From positions 12,338,001-12,402,000 of the forward strand of contig OZ024759.1 of the NCBI GenBank assembly GCA_964016885.1: 64,000 nt of DNA, given 5' to 3'. The notes below the pieces were generated by a model. That model did not search any database and was not told the origin of the DNA. It worked only from the letters and a program-made list of their open reading frames with translations. Both the position numbers and the translations under genes were made by a program. How positions within the stretch are numbered: position 1 is the stretch's first letter; each line of letters starts with the position of its first letter. Of this stretch, positions 54,001 through 64,000 are shown piece after piece. Origin of the DNA: Eledone cirrhosa (Eukaryota).

Positions 54001-57000
54001 AGTTCCCGTCCCACCCTTGCAAGCAGGGAAAAGTGGACGCAAAAATGAAATGATGATGATGATGAAACAGCATAGCTGTCAAAATTCTAATTTTTCAAAT
54101 TATCCTCCTTACCACCATCGAGACGGAGTTGGCTACCCACGGGTGTGAACCTCGTCTGCTGGAATGGCTCTTCCAGTGTGACTCTTTCACCATCCTCCGG
54201 GAAACACCTTCTCTACTCTGCCCCCTGGGGCTGTGGGGTGGCCACACTTGCTCATAATAGTGAGAGATGGGGAAAGCGGGAGAGATGGAGGCAGTGGAAG
54301 TTAGGTTCCGTTGTGTTCAGACCTGATGTATATGTATATACAGTGTACCCACTATGTATTTGTGGTCCCAGTTATTCGTGGAATTTTCCTTAGAACCTAA
54401 CTAATAATTGTTTGTGAAAACCACCACATATTCACGGAATCATAAATATCTTCCGTGATTTTTTTTAATGATTTATATTTGATTTATATTTTTTATGATT
54501 TATATATATATATATATATGAGCATAAGAGGAATCAAATGCTGTGTGCAGGAGAGGAGGTTGTGTTGGTATGGACATGTGATGTGTATGAAGGATGACAG
54601 CTGCATAAAAAGGTGCAGAGCACTAGAAGTCGATGGAAGACCCAAGAAGACCTGGGATGAGGTTATAAAAGCCGACCTTACCCAATTGCACCTCTCAAAG
54701 GCGATAACACAGGACCATGACCTCTGATGTCACGCAGTAATACAGAAGACCCGATTTCCCATGGGTGCACGCCGAAGCTGAAGCATATAGACAATATGCC
54801 CCATCCCCTCCCACTGATAAGTGGTCATGGAGGTGCCACGGAAAAAAAAGCACCCAGCGCTCACTGTAAATGAGGTTGGTGGTAGGAAAGGCATCCAATT
54901 GTAGAAATCAAGCCAAAATCAGTTCCCGTATGAGCAAGACAAGGACACCCGACCGGGTGCTATCCACAACAGGATAAAACCTGTCTAACTCATGCTAGCA
55001 TGAAAGAATGGACGTAAAACAGTGATGATGATTATTTATTTTGAGAACAATATCTTAACATCAGTATGAGTGGCCAGTTACAGTCAGTTTGAAGAAAAAG
55101 AGGTGAGAGAATTCTGGCCGGATACGGCTAGTTTAAATGCTAAGGTAGGTCCAGCATTGTATACGACTGGCTGTCTCTATAGAGTTATAGGTAGGTCCAA
55201 CATTGTATAGGACTAGCTGTCTCTATGTATTTGAGGTTTCTAAAACCATAGCAACGTTAAAACACTTAAACTTTGCGGCGTAACCAAACAGGTGAGCAAT
55301 AGAATTAGCTGGTAACCCACTTAGTCTGGATTGTTAATTATACCAATGAGGTGAGGTGAAGGAAGATGGTGGTGGATTGGCAGAATTGGTTGAACGTCAA
55401 CACCTTTGTAGTATTTGACCTTGTTCGTGACATTCTGAGTTCAAATCCTGGTGAGGTTAAAGTTATATATTTTTGTGTTATATAAAAAACAAAAACCAAC
55501 TGGCAGGAGACCCAAGGGTAGACCTCAAGCAAGATGATTGGATAACATATATGAGCTTGGCTGGTCATGCTTTGAGATCCAGCTGGATCAATAGGAGATG
55601 GTTGCTTCTGACACGACCTGCTGGAAGGAGTGTTTCAGGACTCTTCCCCCATGATCCTCTCAGGAATAAGGGGGCAAAAAAGAAGATATATTTATAAGAG
55701 GGCAGTGAATTGGCAGAGTCTTTAGAACATCAGATAGGACACTTTTAGGTATTTGTTCCAGCTCTCTTCTCTCTGAGTTCAAATCCAACCGAGCTCAACT
55801 TTGCCTTTTGTTCTTTCAAGTTTGATTTTTAAAGAAGTACCAGTTAAGTACTGGTTGATTTTTCCTCTATATCTCTCTCTCTCACACTGTCTATTCTTCA
55901 TGAGAAGAAATGTGCTGGAGAGGAGATGGTTTCTGCCAGATTTAAAAACCAATGCCCTTGAAACACCGTATGTCACTACAGTGCCCCTACAACTCCATCA
56001 GGATTTATGGGACTATGCCTATTTATAAGGTTCCATGAATTCTATTTTTATGTGAAACATGATGATTATAATATATTTTCTTTCATTTTGATTTTATATT
56101 TTATGGCTTAGTGGTTAGAGCATTGGGCTTGCAATCGATAGGTGTGAGTTCAATTCTTGGACAAGGTGATGTGTTGTTTCCTTGAGCAAGACACTTTATT
56201 TCACGTTGCTCCAGTTTACTCAGCTGTAGAAATGAGATGATAGGACTGGGGTCCATATCATTCCACTGCAAAGTGGTCGTGGATGTGCCACGGAAAAAAG
56301 CACCCAGCCCACACTGTAAATGAGGTTGGTGTTAGGAAGGGCATCCAGCTGTAGGAATCAAGCCAGAATCAGTTCCCGTATGAGCAAGACAAGGTCAGCC
56401 GACCGGATACTGCCCACAACAGGACAATCCGTCTAACCCATGCTAGCGTGGAAGAATGGATGTAAAATGGTGATGATGATGATGATGAATTAATTTATAT
56501 TTAGCAAGGGAGGAGGGTGCTCCAAGGCCATAGTATCCAGAATAAGGATGGGTTGGAAAAAGTTTAGGGAGCTGCTTCCTCTGTTGACAAAGAAGAGTTT
56601 CTCCCTACGAACAAAAGGCTGGTTATATGATGTCTGTGTGAGATGCGCGATGCTGCATGGTAGTGAGACATGGACAGCAACTGTGGAGGATATATGGCAG
56701 CTGGAGAGAAATGAAGCCAGCATGCTCCGATGGATGAGTTGTGAGAGAAACTGTGTATAAGAGGAATAAACTCTAGTGTGCGGGAGAAAAGACTGAGTTG
56801 ATATGGACATGTGATGAGCATGGAGTATGACTGCTGGGTAAAGAAGTGTCAAGAAATCCCAGTAGAAGGAAGACGCAGTCAAGGAAGACCACGAAAAACA
56901 TGGGTGGAGGTGGTGAGAGCAGACTTCAGGTCGCTGAAACTCACAGAGGAGATGACAAAGGACCGTGACGAACGGAGAGATGCCGTGTTCAATAAGACCC

Positions 57001-58096
57001 ATCCCACCCTTGCAAGCAGGGAAAAGCAGACGTAAAATGATGATGATGATGATGTAATTAAGTATTGCATATTGCTAAAATTTAAAGTGCATTTCTGAAA
57101 AAACCTTATGGTGAGATAAAAAGTACCAGTTAATTACTGGGGTCTAATTTTCCTCTATATCTCTAAGAATAGATAAAATAAACAAACAAATACTGGGGAT
57201 TGTCCAGCCGCTTCCACTTCGCACCGGTCACTGTCAAAACCTCAGGCATCCTCGGACCCAATACTTTGGAGCTCCTCTGCAAAATCAGAACATCAGCAGC
57301 CTGTCTGAGGAAGGAGCTTAGTAAGGTGGGGTGGCTGTTGCAGCAGGTGTCTGGTTATTGTCTGCGGGACGCAGTCCCAACACTGCCACATCCTAGGCCT
57401 AGAGCCCATCACCCTCTTACCTTCCCTCTACATATATTATTTTGTAAGACTGCTATGTCTTGAAAATTTGCTAAATATATCATCATCATACAAATTCAAT
57501 TGAACCCTGACTTGTTAAACCCCACTTTCACCTCCGCCCCTTCAGTACTGGGGTTGATTTAACCCTTTAGCATTTAAACTGGCCATATCTGGCCAGAATT
57601 CTCTCACCTCTTTCTGTTCAAATCGGCTGTAACTGGCCACTCATACTGACATTAAGGTATTGTTCTCGGAATAAATAATATCAAAATCTCATAGATTTCA
57701 TATTATATATATATTGAATAATGTAAATGTTATGTGAGATATTATGTGAGGTAAAGCCTTTACAAAAGGGCGCATAATGGGCGAAATACTTTGAAAGGAA
57801 GTTAACCCTGAAATGGGAATACAAATGGAATAAAACAAGTTTCGCGTAAACTGGACCACAGGTTCCCGACATATAGGGTTTTTCTGGGTACCTTCATAAA
57901 CAAAGAGAGAGAGAAAGATATGGAGAAAGAGATAGTGGTTGTGAGAGAGTAGATTGAAAGAGAGACATAGAGAGAAGGAGAATAGAAGAGAGAGAGAGAG
58001 CTGGTGGTGTTGTGTATATATATATATATGTGAGTGTGTGTGTATATATGTATATGTGTGTGTGTCTATGACCAGTGTATATAGATCACAGACACC

Positions 58097-58140
<44 letters not shown>

Positions 58141-60234
58141 AAAGAATAGAGGTGTAACACACAAGTTATTATATATTGGTAAACGGAATAGAAAATGCTG
58201 ACAAATTGTTCACAGTTGAAAAATGGTTTAATTAGGAATAAAAGAGTATTAGTGATTGTATGGGTTAGTATTCAGTTGTGGTTTTAAGTTTTTAAGTTTT
58301 TACCGGTTGCGCTTTTCTAAATGCTTTTCAAAAATAATTTTGAGATAGAGTGTCCGTGCTGTTTGCTCTGATCTGTAAAAACTTAAAAACTTAAAAACTG
58401 ACCGGTAAAAACTTAAAAACTTAAAACCACAACTGAATACTAACCCATACAATCACTAATACTCTTTTATTCCTAATTAAACCATTTTTCAACTGTGAAC
58501 AATTTGTCAGCATTTTCTATTCCGTTTACCAATATATATATATATATACACACACACATTTATATATATACATACACACACGTTCTTCCTCTCAACAACA
58601 TCATCTTCCGTATTCCCAATCTTTGCTCCCAAATACAGGAAGTCCTCAACCAATTCTAGCGGCCTCCCGCCTACATTAGTGATCCCCTCTGGCTTCTCAA
58701 CATTCTCTACCAGATATTTTGTTTTAGTCTCATTCATTCTCAGCCCCACACTCATCGACACAGTCTCAACCTCCTGCATCAAATCCTCTGCCTCCTTCAC
58801 TGTATTTGTCACCAAAACAATGTCGTAAGCAAATTCAGCATCCGATATCTTTTTCGCCTTAACTCTCCTGGACACACTGGAAGAGGAAGACCAAGGTTTA
58901 ACGTATGTTGATGCCCTAAGGACAGACACTGGTCTGTTGGAGACGCAGGACATGGCAGCGATAATGAGGGACAGAGACCGCTGGAGAGAACTCGTCCATG
59001 GATCTCGGGAATTTTACCCGCCCTAGATACACACATATATATATATATATGGGGCCTTCCACTTTCATTTCACATTATATACATGTCTGTGTATATTTTA
59101 ATTATTTGAAAATTATTTTTAAGTGAACATGATTTAAAAAAAATATATATATATGTCTGTGCCTGTTCGACCACGGCTGATCTGGAGACTAAATAACAAC
59201 TAAACTATTACAACAACAACAACAACTACCAAGGCCTTGTTTCAGGGGGGTATCAGGGGACAAGTCCACCTACCACCCCACACTTTTTCAAGAACGGGGG
59301 GGGGGGGGGGGACACAAACCATCTTTTGTCGCCCCCTACTTTTCCCCAATTAACAAACAAAGAAACCCACTAACAAGTCATACATATGTATAATACATAT
59401 TTTTACATGTTTATTTATGTGCATATATTTCTATGAATATATAAATATTTATAAAACAAACTTTGTATTTTATCTGAAGAGAGCGTACCAAAGTTTTGGT
59501 ACCCTTGAAATATATATAATAGAATAAATATGGTTTTATAAATATAGTTTCAATTTATCATTGTATATATGTATATATATATAAAATTTGCCTTGGTTGT
59601 TCTTGAAATATATATAATAAAATAATTATGGTTTTATAAATATAGTTTCCATTTATTAATATATTGAATATTTACCCCACTTATATGTTGAGTGCTTTAT
59701 ATTAGTTATAAAAATTTAATATCATTATAGTTTAGATTCATATTATACTCCAGAAAATATGTCGAGTGCTTCGAAACTGTTATAAATAAATATATATATT
59801 TGTTGAATTACCAACAAATTAAATATCCCTTTGCTTATATGAATATATATATAGACCCTAACTTGCAATCGGTATTGAATTTTGTTCTATATTTATATCA
59901 ATTTGTTAAAAATTAAAAAGATCAACTCATCAATAATTTGATTGAGAATTGTATAACATTTTTATAAGTATTTATCTAAGTTAATATAGATAAATATACA
60001 ATACATTGTTTATCAAACTGTTGGTCTGTCACCCTCACACATTTTATAGGCAAACGTAGACCTACACTACTACTACTACCACCACAAATACTACTGTTAC
60101 TACTACTACTACCACTACTACTACTAGTATTAAGAATTATCTTTTATACTTACCAAAAGTATGAAAGTTCCCAAAAACTCAGCCAAAAAACATCTGATTA
60201 ATTTATTGCCGATTTGACAAGTACACAACTTCAT
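22056..60234 (-). CDS. AQP: Aquaglyceroporin (MIP family, AQP3/7/9/10-like), 6 coding exons: 60234-60154, 44055-43929, 40430-40293, 34181-34063, 24720-24503, 22242-22056; 289 aa
   Basis: Exons join in frame through GT-AG introns (81+127+138+119+218+187=870 nt). The protein has [42 protein letters not shown] and [18 protein letters not shown] marks a glycerol-permeable channel. Exact vertebrate orthologue not assignable. Confidence 0.95.
22360..22950 (-). mobile_element. CR1-like LINE 3' fragment
   Basis: [10 protein letters not shown]...NTRGH..K...[16 protein letters not shown]. Confidence 0.8.
24503..24720 (-). CDS. AQP: Aquaglyceroporin exon 5 ([16 protein letters not shown]...[26 protein letters not shown])
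   Basis: Second NPA(RD); polypyrimidine/AG acceptor, GTATGT donor; 218 bp. Confidence 0.95.
24883..25562 (-). mobile_element. Helitron interrupted by a TTAA MITE (25000-25434), itself interrupted by a SINE (~25207-25395)
   Basis: TC/CTAG termini, homology to 259-469, TTAA-flanked TIRs. Confidence 0.7.
25581..33785. repeat. Tandem array, 82-bp unit, ~100 copies (aquaporin intron 4)
   Basis: GTTGTTACAGCTCTCACCTACAAGGTTGTATCTCATAGGAGTTTTGTTGTTTTAATGAAAGGGACCTCAGTCCTAACATGTA. Confidence 0.97.
34063..34181 (-). CDS. AQP: Aquaglyceroporin exon 4 ([40 protein letters not shown])
   Basis: Loop C FATYP motif; tttAG acceptor, GTAAG donor; 119 bp; not in the ORF track. Confidence 0.93.
34201..37583. 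repeat. Tandem array, 26-bp unit, ~130 copies (aquaporin intron 3)
   Basis: AACAGTCTAAAGTTACTGTGCACAGC. Confidence 0.97.
38318..39498. repeat. Tandem array, 47-48-bp unit, ~25 copies
   Basis: GACAGTGTCTTTCATTAGAAATATGGTAATGAAAGGGTTAATGACATA. Confidence 0.93.
40293..40430 (-). CDS. AQP: Aquaglyceroporin exon 3 ([45 protein letters not shown])
   Basis: First NPA motif; AG/GT boundaries; 138 bp. Confidence 0.95.
40825..41885 (+). repeat. ~123-bp tandem repeat (~8 copies) amplified from a LINE 3' coding segment
   Basis: Translates as [35 protein letters not shown], followed by an RPRGRP..RW.DNI-type LINE end. Confidence 0.85.
42860..43750 (-). mobile_element. L1/Tx1-like LINE 3' fragment
   Basis: [14 protein letters not shown] and CPRC..DIETLKH zinc-binding motif; AATAAA near the 3' end; frameshifts. 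Confidence 0.75.
43929..44055 (-). CDS. AQP: Aquaglyceroporin exon 2 ([43 protein letters not shown])
   Basis: ttcttAG acceptor, GTGAGT donor, 127 bp. Confidence 0.93.
44856..44930 (-). ncRNA. Type-I hammerhead ribozyme motif
   Basis: Minus strand ctatttcat-CTGATGA-acagctagac..gtctagtttctt-GAAAC-atttg-GTA-atggaatgg. Confidence 0.65.
47525..48300 (-). mobile_element. RTE LINE 3' fragment
   Basis: [13 protein letters not shown]...[11 protein letters not shown]...GRPRKTW. Confidence 0.85.
48596..48634 (-). ncRNA. Minimal type-I hammerhead ribozyme motif (cleanest copy)
   Basis: Minus strand gttg-CTGACGA-tagctaataagctt-GAAAC-ta-GTA-cggc; palindromic ACTAGT helix III and GUA cleavage triplet. 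Confidence 0.8.
48716..48754 (+). ncRNA. Minimal type-I hammerhead ribozyme motif
   Basis: gttg-CTGACGA-tagct(aata)agctt-GAAA-ttag-TA-cagc; stems I and II can form. Confidence 0.7.
50175..51035. repeat. Compound (TA)/(CA) low-complexity region with internal duplications
   Basis: Direct inspection. Confidence 0.85.
51347..52626. repeat. Tandem repeat: 34-bp SINE-head-derived segment plus variable (AT)n, ~25 copies
   Basis: CAAGTAAGAACTAACCACTAAGCCATGTGCCTCC(AT)n. Confidence 0.92.
52752..52822 (-). pseudogene. tRNA-like sequence (GGA at anticodon position, short variable arm); SINE head or pseudo-tRNA
   Basis: A box TGGTGTAATGG and B box GGTTCGACTCC; foldable cloverleaf with several G-U pairs and one mismatch. 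Confidence 0.5.
53140..53453. repeat. 15-bp minisatellite
   Basis: ACCCTATGGTAACCT repeats. Confidence 0.9.
54520..55032 (+). mobile_element. Decayed RTE 3' fragment with SINE-like tail
   Basis: [13 protein letters not shown]...GRPKKTW. Confidence 0.75.
56500..57053 (+). mobile_element. RTE LINE 3' fragment
   Basis: [27 protein letters not shown]; same family as 10268-11158. Confidence 0.85.
58171..58536. repeat. Inverted repeat, ~135-bp arms
   Basis: Arms 58171-58306 and 58401-58536; degenerate hammerhead-like CTGACAA..GAAA. Confidence 0.85.
58582..59025. mobile_element. RTE-type LINE fragment with 5' inversion
   Basis: Minus-strand RT motifs ([20 protein letters not shown]) abut a plus-strand C-terminus (GRGRP..DRDRWR). 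Confidence 0.65.
59466..59526 (+). ncRNA. Type-I hammerhead ribozyme motif
   Basis: tattttat-CTGAAGA-gagcgtaccaa(agtt)ttggtaccctt-GAAA-tatatata-atagaata. Confidence 0.7.
60154..60234 (-). CDS. AQP: Aquaglyceroporin exon 1 ([27 protein letters not shown])
   Basis: ATG at 60234, AEFLGT TM1 motif, phase-0 GTAAGT donor at 60153. A CAG just upstream of the ATG could be an acceptor for a further 5' exon. Confidence 0.9.
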
Positions 60235-60529
60235 TTCTGGTGATATATTGTCCTGTAATGGTATATTGTATCTGATGATATATAAATATTGTCCTGTAAT
60301 GGTATATTGTATCTGATGATATATATATATATATATTGTTTTGTAATGGTGTAGATATTGTGTCTGATATATATATATGTGTTTTCAACTAGCAATAACC
60401 ACGCCTTGGATATACCTCATTGGCGAAGGTACCGCCTTTAATTATTGTGTACACTGCTCAGGTGCACTACAACTCATCAAAACTGCATGTATAGAACATA
60501 GAATAACGTACAAAAGTCAGGAATATATT

Positions 60530-60830
60530 GTCTTGTGATGGTGTAAATATATTTTCTGGTGATGGTATAAATATATTTTCTGGTGATGGTGGTATAAATA
60601 TATTTTCTGGTGATGGTATAAATATATTTTCTGGTGATGGTGGTATAAATATATTTTCTGGTGATGGTGGTATAAATATATTTTCTGGTGATGGTATAAA
60701 TATATTTTCTGGTGATGGTATAAATATATTTTCTGGTGATGGTGGTATAAATATATTTTCTGGTGATGGTATAAATATATTTTCTGGTCAGTGTAAATAT
60801 ATTTTCTGGTGGTGATATAGATATAATTTT
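60530..60830. repeat. 24-27-bp minisatellite upstream of the aquaporin ATG
   Basis: GGTGATGGTATAAATATATTTTCT repeats. Confidence 0.85.
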
Positions 60831-61454
60831 TGGTGATGGTGACTTGTAGTGGTGTAAATATATTCTCTGGTGATGATATAGATATAATTTTTGGTGACTC
60901 TATATATATTGTCTTCTGTTGGTGTAAATATATTTTCTGGTGGTGGTATAGATCTAATTTCTGGTGGGAGTGTATATATATTGTCCTGTGGTAGTAAAAA
61001 TATTTTTTCTGGTGATGGTGATGGTATAATAATAATAATAATAATAATAATGAAATTATTGTGTACAGTGCTCAGGTGCACTGCAACTCACAACATCAAT
61101 TCCTGGTGATGGTGTAAATATATTTTGTTGAGTGATAGTGTAAAAATATTCTTTGGTAATAGTAAAAATATCCTTTAGTGATAGTAAAATATATCCTTTA
61201 GTGATAATATAGGTGTATAATTTTTGGTGGTAGTATAAATAAATTAATTTGAAGTACTAAAAGCAAAAAAGAGAGAGAGATAGAAAGATGAAGAAAGAAC
61301 AAGAAAAAAGTGTGTTGACCTTAGCCTGTTTGTTGTTGTTGTTATCTAACTTTTGAGGTCATCTCCCAAAGTAACAGTAGCAGTTGTGGCCTTCGTTCAC
61401 TCACAACTTCCACTATTGTCGTAGATATCTCAACCCTCGTTTTATATATAACAT

Positions 61455-62200
61455 TGTCCAGCCCTACATGTAATGTAACCCCTATTTTAACTCTCCAGCC
61501 CTACATGTAATGTGACCCCTATGTTAACTGTCCAGCCCTACATGTAATGTAACCCCTATGTTAACTCTCCAGCCCTACATGTAATGTAACCCCTATTTTA
61601 ACTCTCCAGCCCTACATGTAATGTAACCCCTATGTTAACTCTCCAGCCCTACATGTAATGTAACCCCTATTTTAACTCTCCAGCCCTACATGTAATGTAA
61701 CCCCTATTTTAACTCTCCAGCCCTACATGTAATGTAACCCTGTATTTACAATATTATACTTAGCATTGTCCAGCCCTACATGTATTGTAACCCCTATGTT
61801 AACTGTCCAGCCCTACACGTATTGTAACCCCTATGTTAATTTTCCAGCCCTACATGTATTGTAACCCCTATGTTTACTCTCCAGCCCTACACGTATTGTA
61901 ACCCCTATGTTTACAATGTTTACTGTATTATATATAACAGTGTTCAGCCCTACATGTAATGTGACCCCTATGTTAACTGTCCAGCCCTACATATAATGTA
62001 ACCCTTATTTTAACTCTCCAGCCCTACATGTAATGTGACCCCTATGTTAACTCTCCAGCCCTACATATAATGTAACCCTTATTTTAACTCTCCATCCCTA
62101 CATGTAATGTTACTCCTATTTTAACTCTCCAGCCCTACATGTAATGTGACCCCTATGTTAACTCTCCAGCCCTACATGTAGTGTCACCCCTATGTTTATG
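61455..62200. repeat. 37-bp minisatellite
   Basis: TCCAGCCCTACATGTAATGTAACCCCTATTTTAACTC. Confidence 0.9.
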
Positions 62201-62219
62201 TTTACTGTGTTATATATAA

Positions 62220-63040
62220 TGTAATGTGACCCCTATATATACCTCTGTCCAGCCTCACATATAATGTGACCCCTATATATACCTCTGTCCAGCCTCACAT
62301 ATAATGTGACCCCTATATATACCTCTGTCCAGCCTCGCATATAATGTGACCCCTATATATACCTCTGTCCAGCCTCACATATGTGACCCCTATATATACC
62401 TCTGTCCAGCCTCACATATAATGTGACCCCTATATATACCTCTATCCAGCCTCACATATAATGTAACCCCTATATATACCTCTGTCCAGCCTCACATATA
62501 ATGTAAACCCTATATATATACCTCTGTCCAGCCCCACATATAATGTGACCCCTATATATACCTCTATCCAGCCTCACATATAATGTAACCCCTATATATA
62601 CCTCTGTCCAGCCTCACATATAATGTAAACCCTATATATATACCTCTGTCCAGCCCCACATATAATGTGACCCCTATATATACCTCTGTCCAGCCCCACA
62701 TAAAATGTAAACCCTATATATATACCTCTGTCCAGCCCCACATATAATGTGACCCCTATATATACTTCTATCCAGCCTCACATATAATGTGACCCCTATA
62801 TATACCTCTGTCCAGCCCCACATATAATGTGACCCCTATATATACTTCTATCCAGCCTCACATATAATGTGACCCCTATATATAACCCTGTCCAGCCCCA
62901 CATATAATGTAAACCCTATATATACCTCTATCCAGCCTCACATATAATGTGACCCCTATATATAACCCTGTCCAGCCCCACATATAATGTAACCCCTATA
63001 TATACCTCTGTCCAGCCCCACATATAATGTAAACCCTATA
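62220..63040. repeat. 40-bp minisatellite
   Basis: ATATAATGTGACCCCTATATATACCTCTGTCCAGCCTCAC. Confidence 0.9.
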
Positions 63041-63352
63041 CTTACAAAGTTAACTGTATTCTACATACATGTATGTGTGGTTAATAAAGAAAGACTTATT
63101 AAGAGAGCACTCGCAAGTAACGTGTCCCAGCTCAGGAATATACACACTAACGTGTGTATATATACACCAGCATGTCTATATATATACACCAGTATGTATA
63201 TAATATACCAACTAACATAAAAAAGACCATATACAGTAATGGTATTATGTTACAAAAGTTATTGAAACCAGCCAACTTATTAAATAGACTAATAAATCAT
63301 TGTACTTAATTAATTAATTAAACTGAACTAAGGATAGGTTCGTTAAAGTAGA

Positions 63353-63985
63353 GTGGTGGTGGTGGTGGTGGTGTGGTGGTGATGGTAGCGGTATGATGGT
63401 GGTGGTGGTGGTGGTGGTATGGTGGTGATGGTAGTGGTATGATGGTGGTGGTGGTGTGGTGGTGATGGTAGCGGTGGTATGATGGTGGTGATGGTAGTGG
63501 TGGTGGTGGTGGTGACGGTGGTGGTGATGGTGGTGGTAGTGGTGTGATGGTGACGGTGGTGGTGGTATGGTGGTGGTGGTGGTAGTGGTATGATGGTGGT
63601 GGTGGTGGTATGATGGTGGTGGTGGTGGTGGTGGTATGGTGACGGTGGTGGTGGTATGGTGATGGTAGTGGTGTGATGGTGACGGTGGTGGTGGTGGTAG
63701 TGGTATGATGGTGGTGGTATGATGGTGGTGGTGGTGGTGGTGGTGGTATGGTGACGGTGGTGGTGGTATGGTGATGGTAGTGGTATGATGGTGGTGGTGG
63801 TATGGTGATGGTAGTGGTATGATGGTGGTGGTGGTGGTATGGTGACGGTGGTGGTGGTGGTATGGTGACGGTGGTGGTGGTATAGTGGTGATGGTAGTGA
63901 TGGTGGTATGGTGACGATGGTGGTAGTGATGGTATGGTGATGGTGGTGGTAGTGATGGTATGGTGATGGTGGTGATTGTGGTGGG
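63353..63985. repeat. Degenerate (GGT/GAT)n microsatellite
   Basis: Direct inspection. Confidence 0.9.
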
Positions 63986-64000
63986 TTTTATAAGTCTTGC

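Overview
AT-rich, repeat-dense animal genomic DNA. The SINE families point to an octopod cephalopod (inference). Two convergent intron-containing genes are present. (1) A complete 6-exon aquaglyceroporin on the minus strand (60234 to 22056, 289 aa), whose internal exons of 127/138/119/218 bp match the vertebrate AQP3/AQP9 structure. (2) The last three exons of an unrecognised protein on the plus strand (<1-92, 3034-3178, 14943-15099). The rest is tRNA-derived SINEs, decayed RTE/CR1/Tx1/CRE LINE fragments, non-autonomous Helitrons, TTAA and hAT MITEs, and many tandem arrays, several amplified in place from transposon segments. The most interesting signal is several distinct minimal type-I hammerhead ribozyme motifs, mostly inside fold-back inverted repeats next to (TA)n tracts. 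This architecture resembles Penelope-like element termini, and some motifs lie in sense orientation within introns of both genes. All calls were read by eye; repeat boundaries and copy numbers are approximate.
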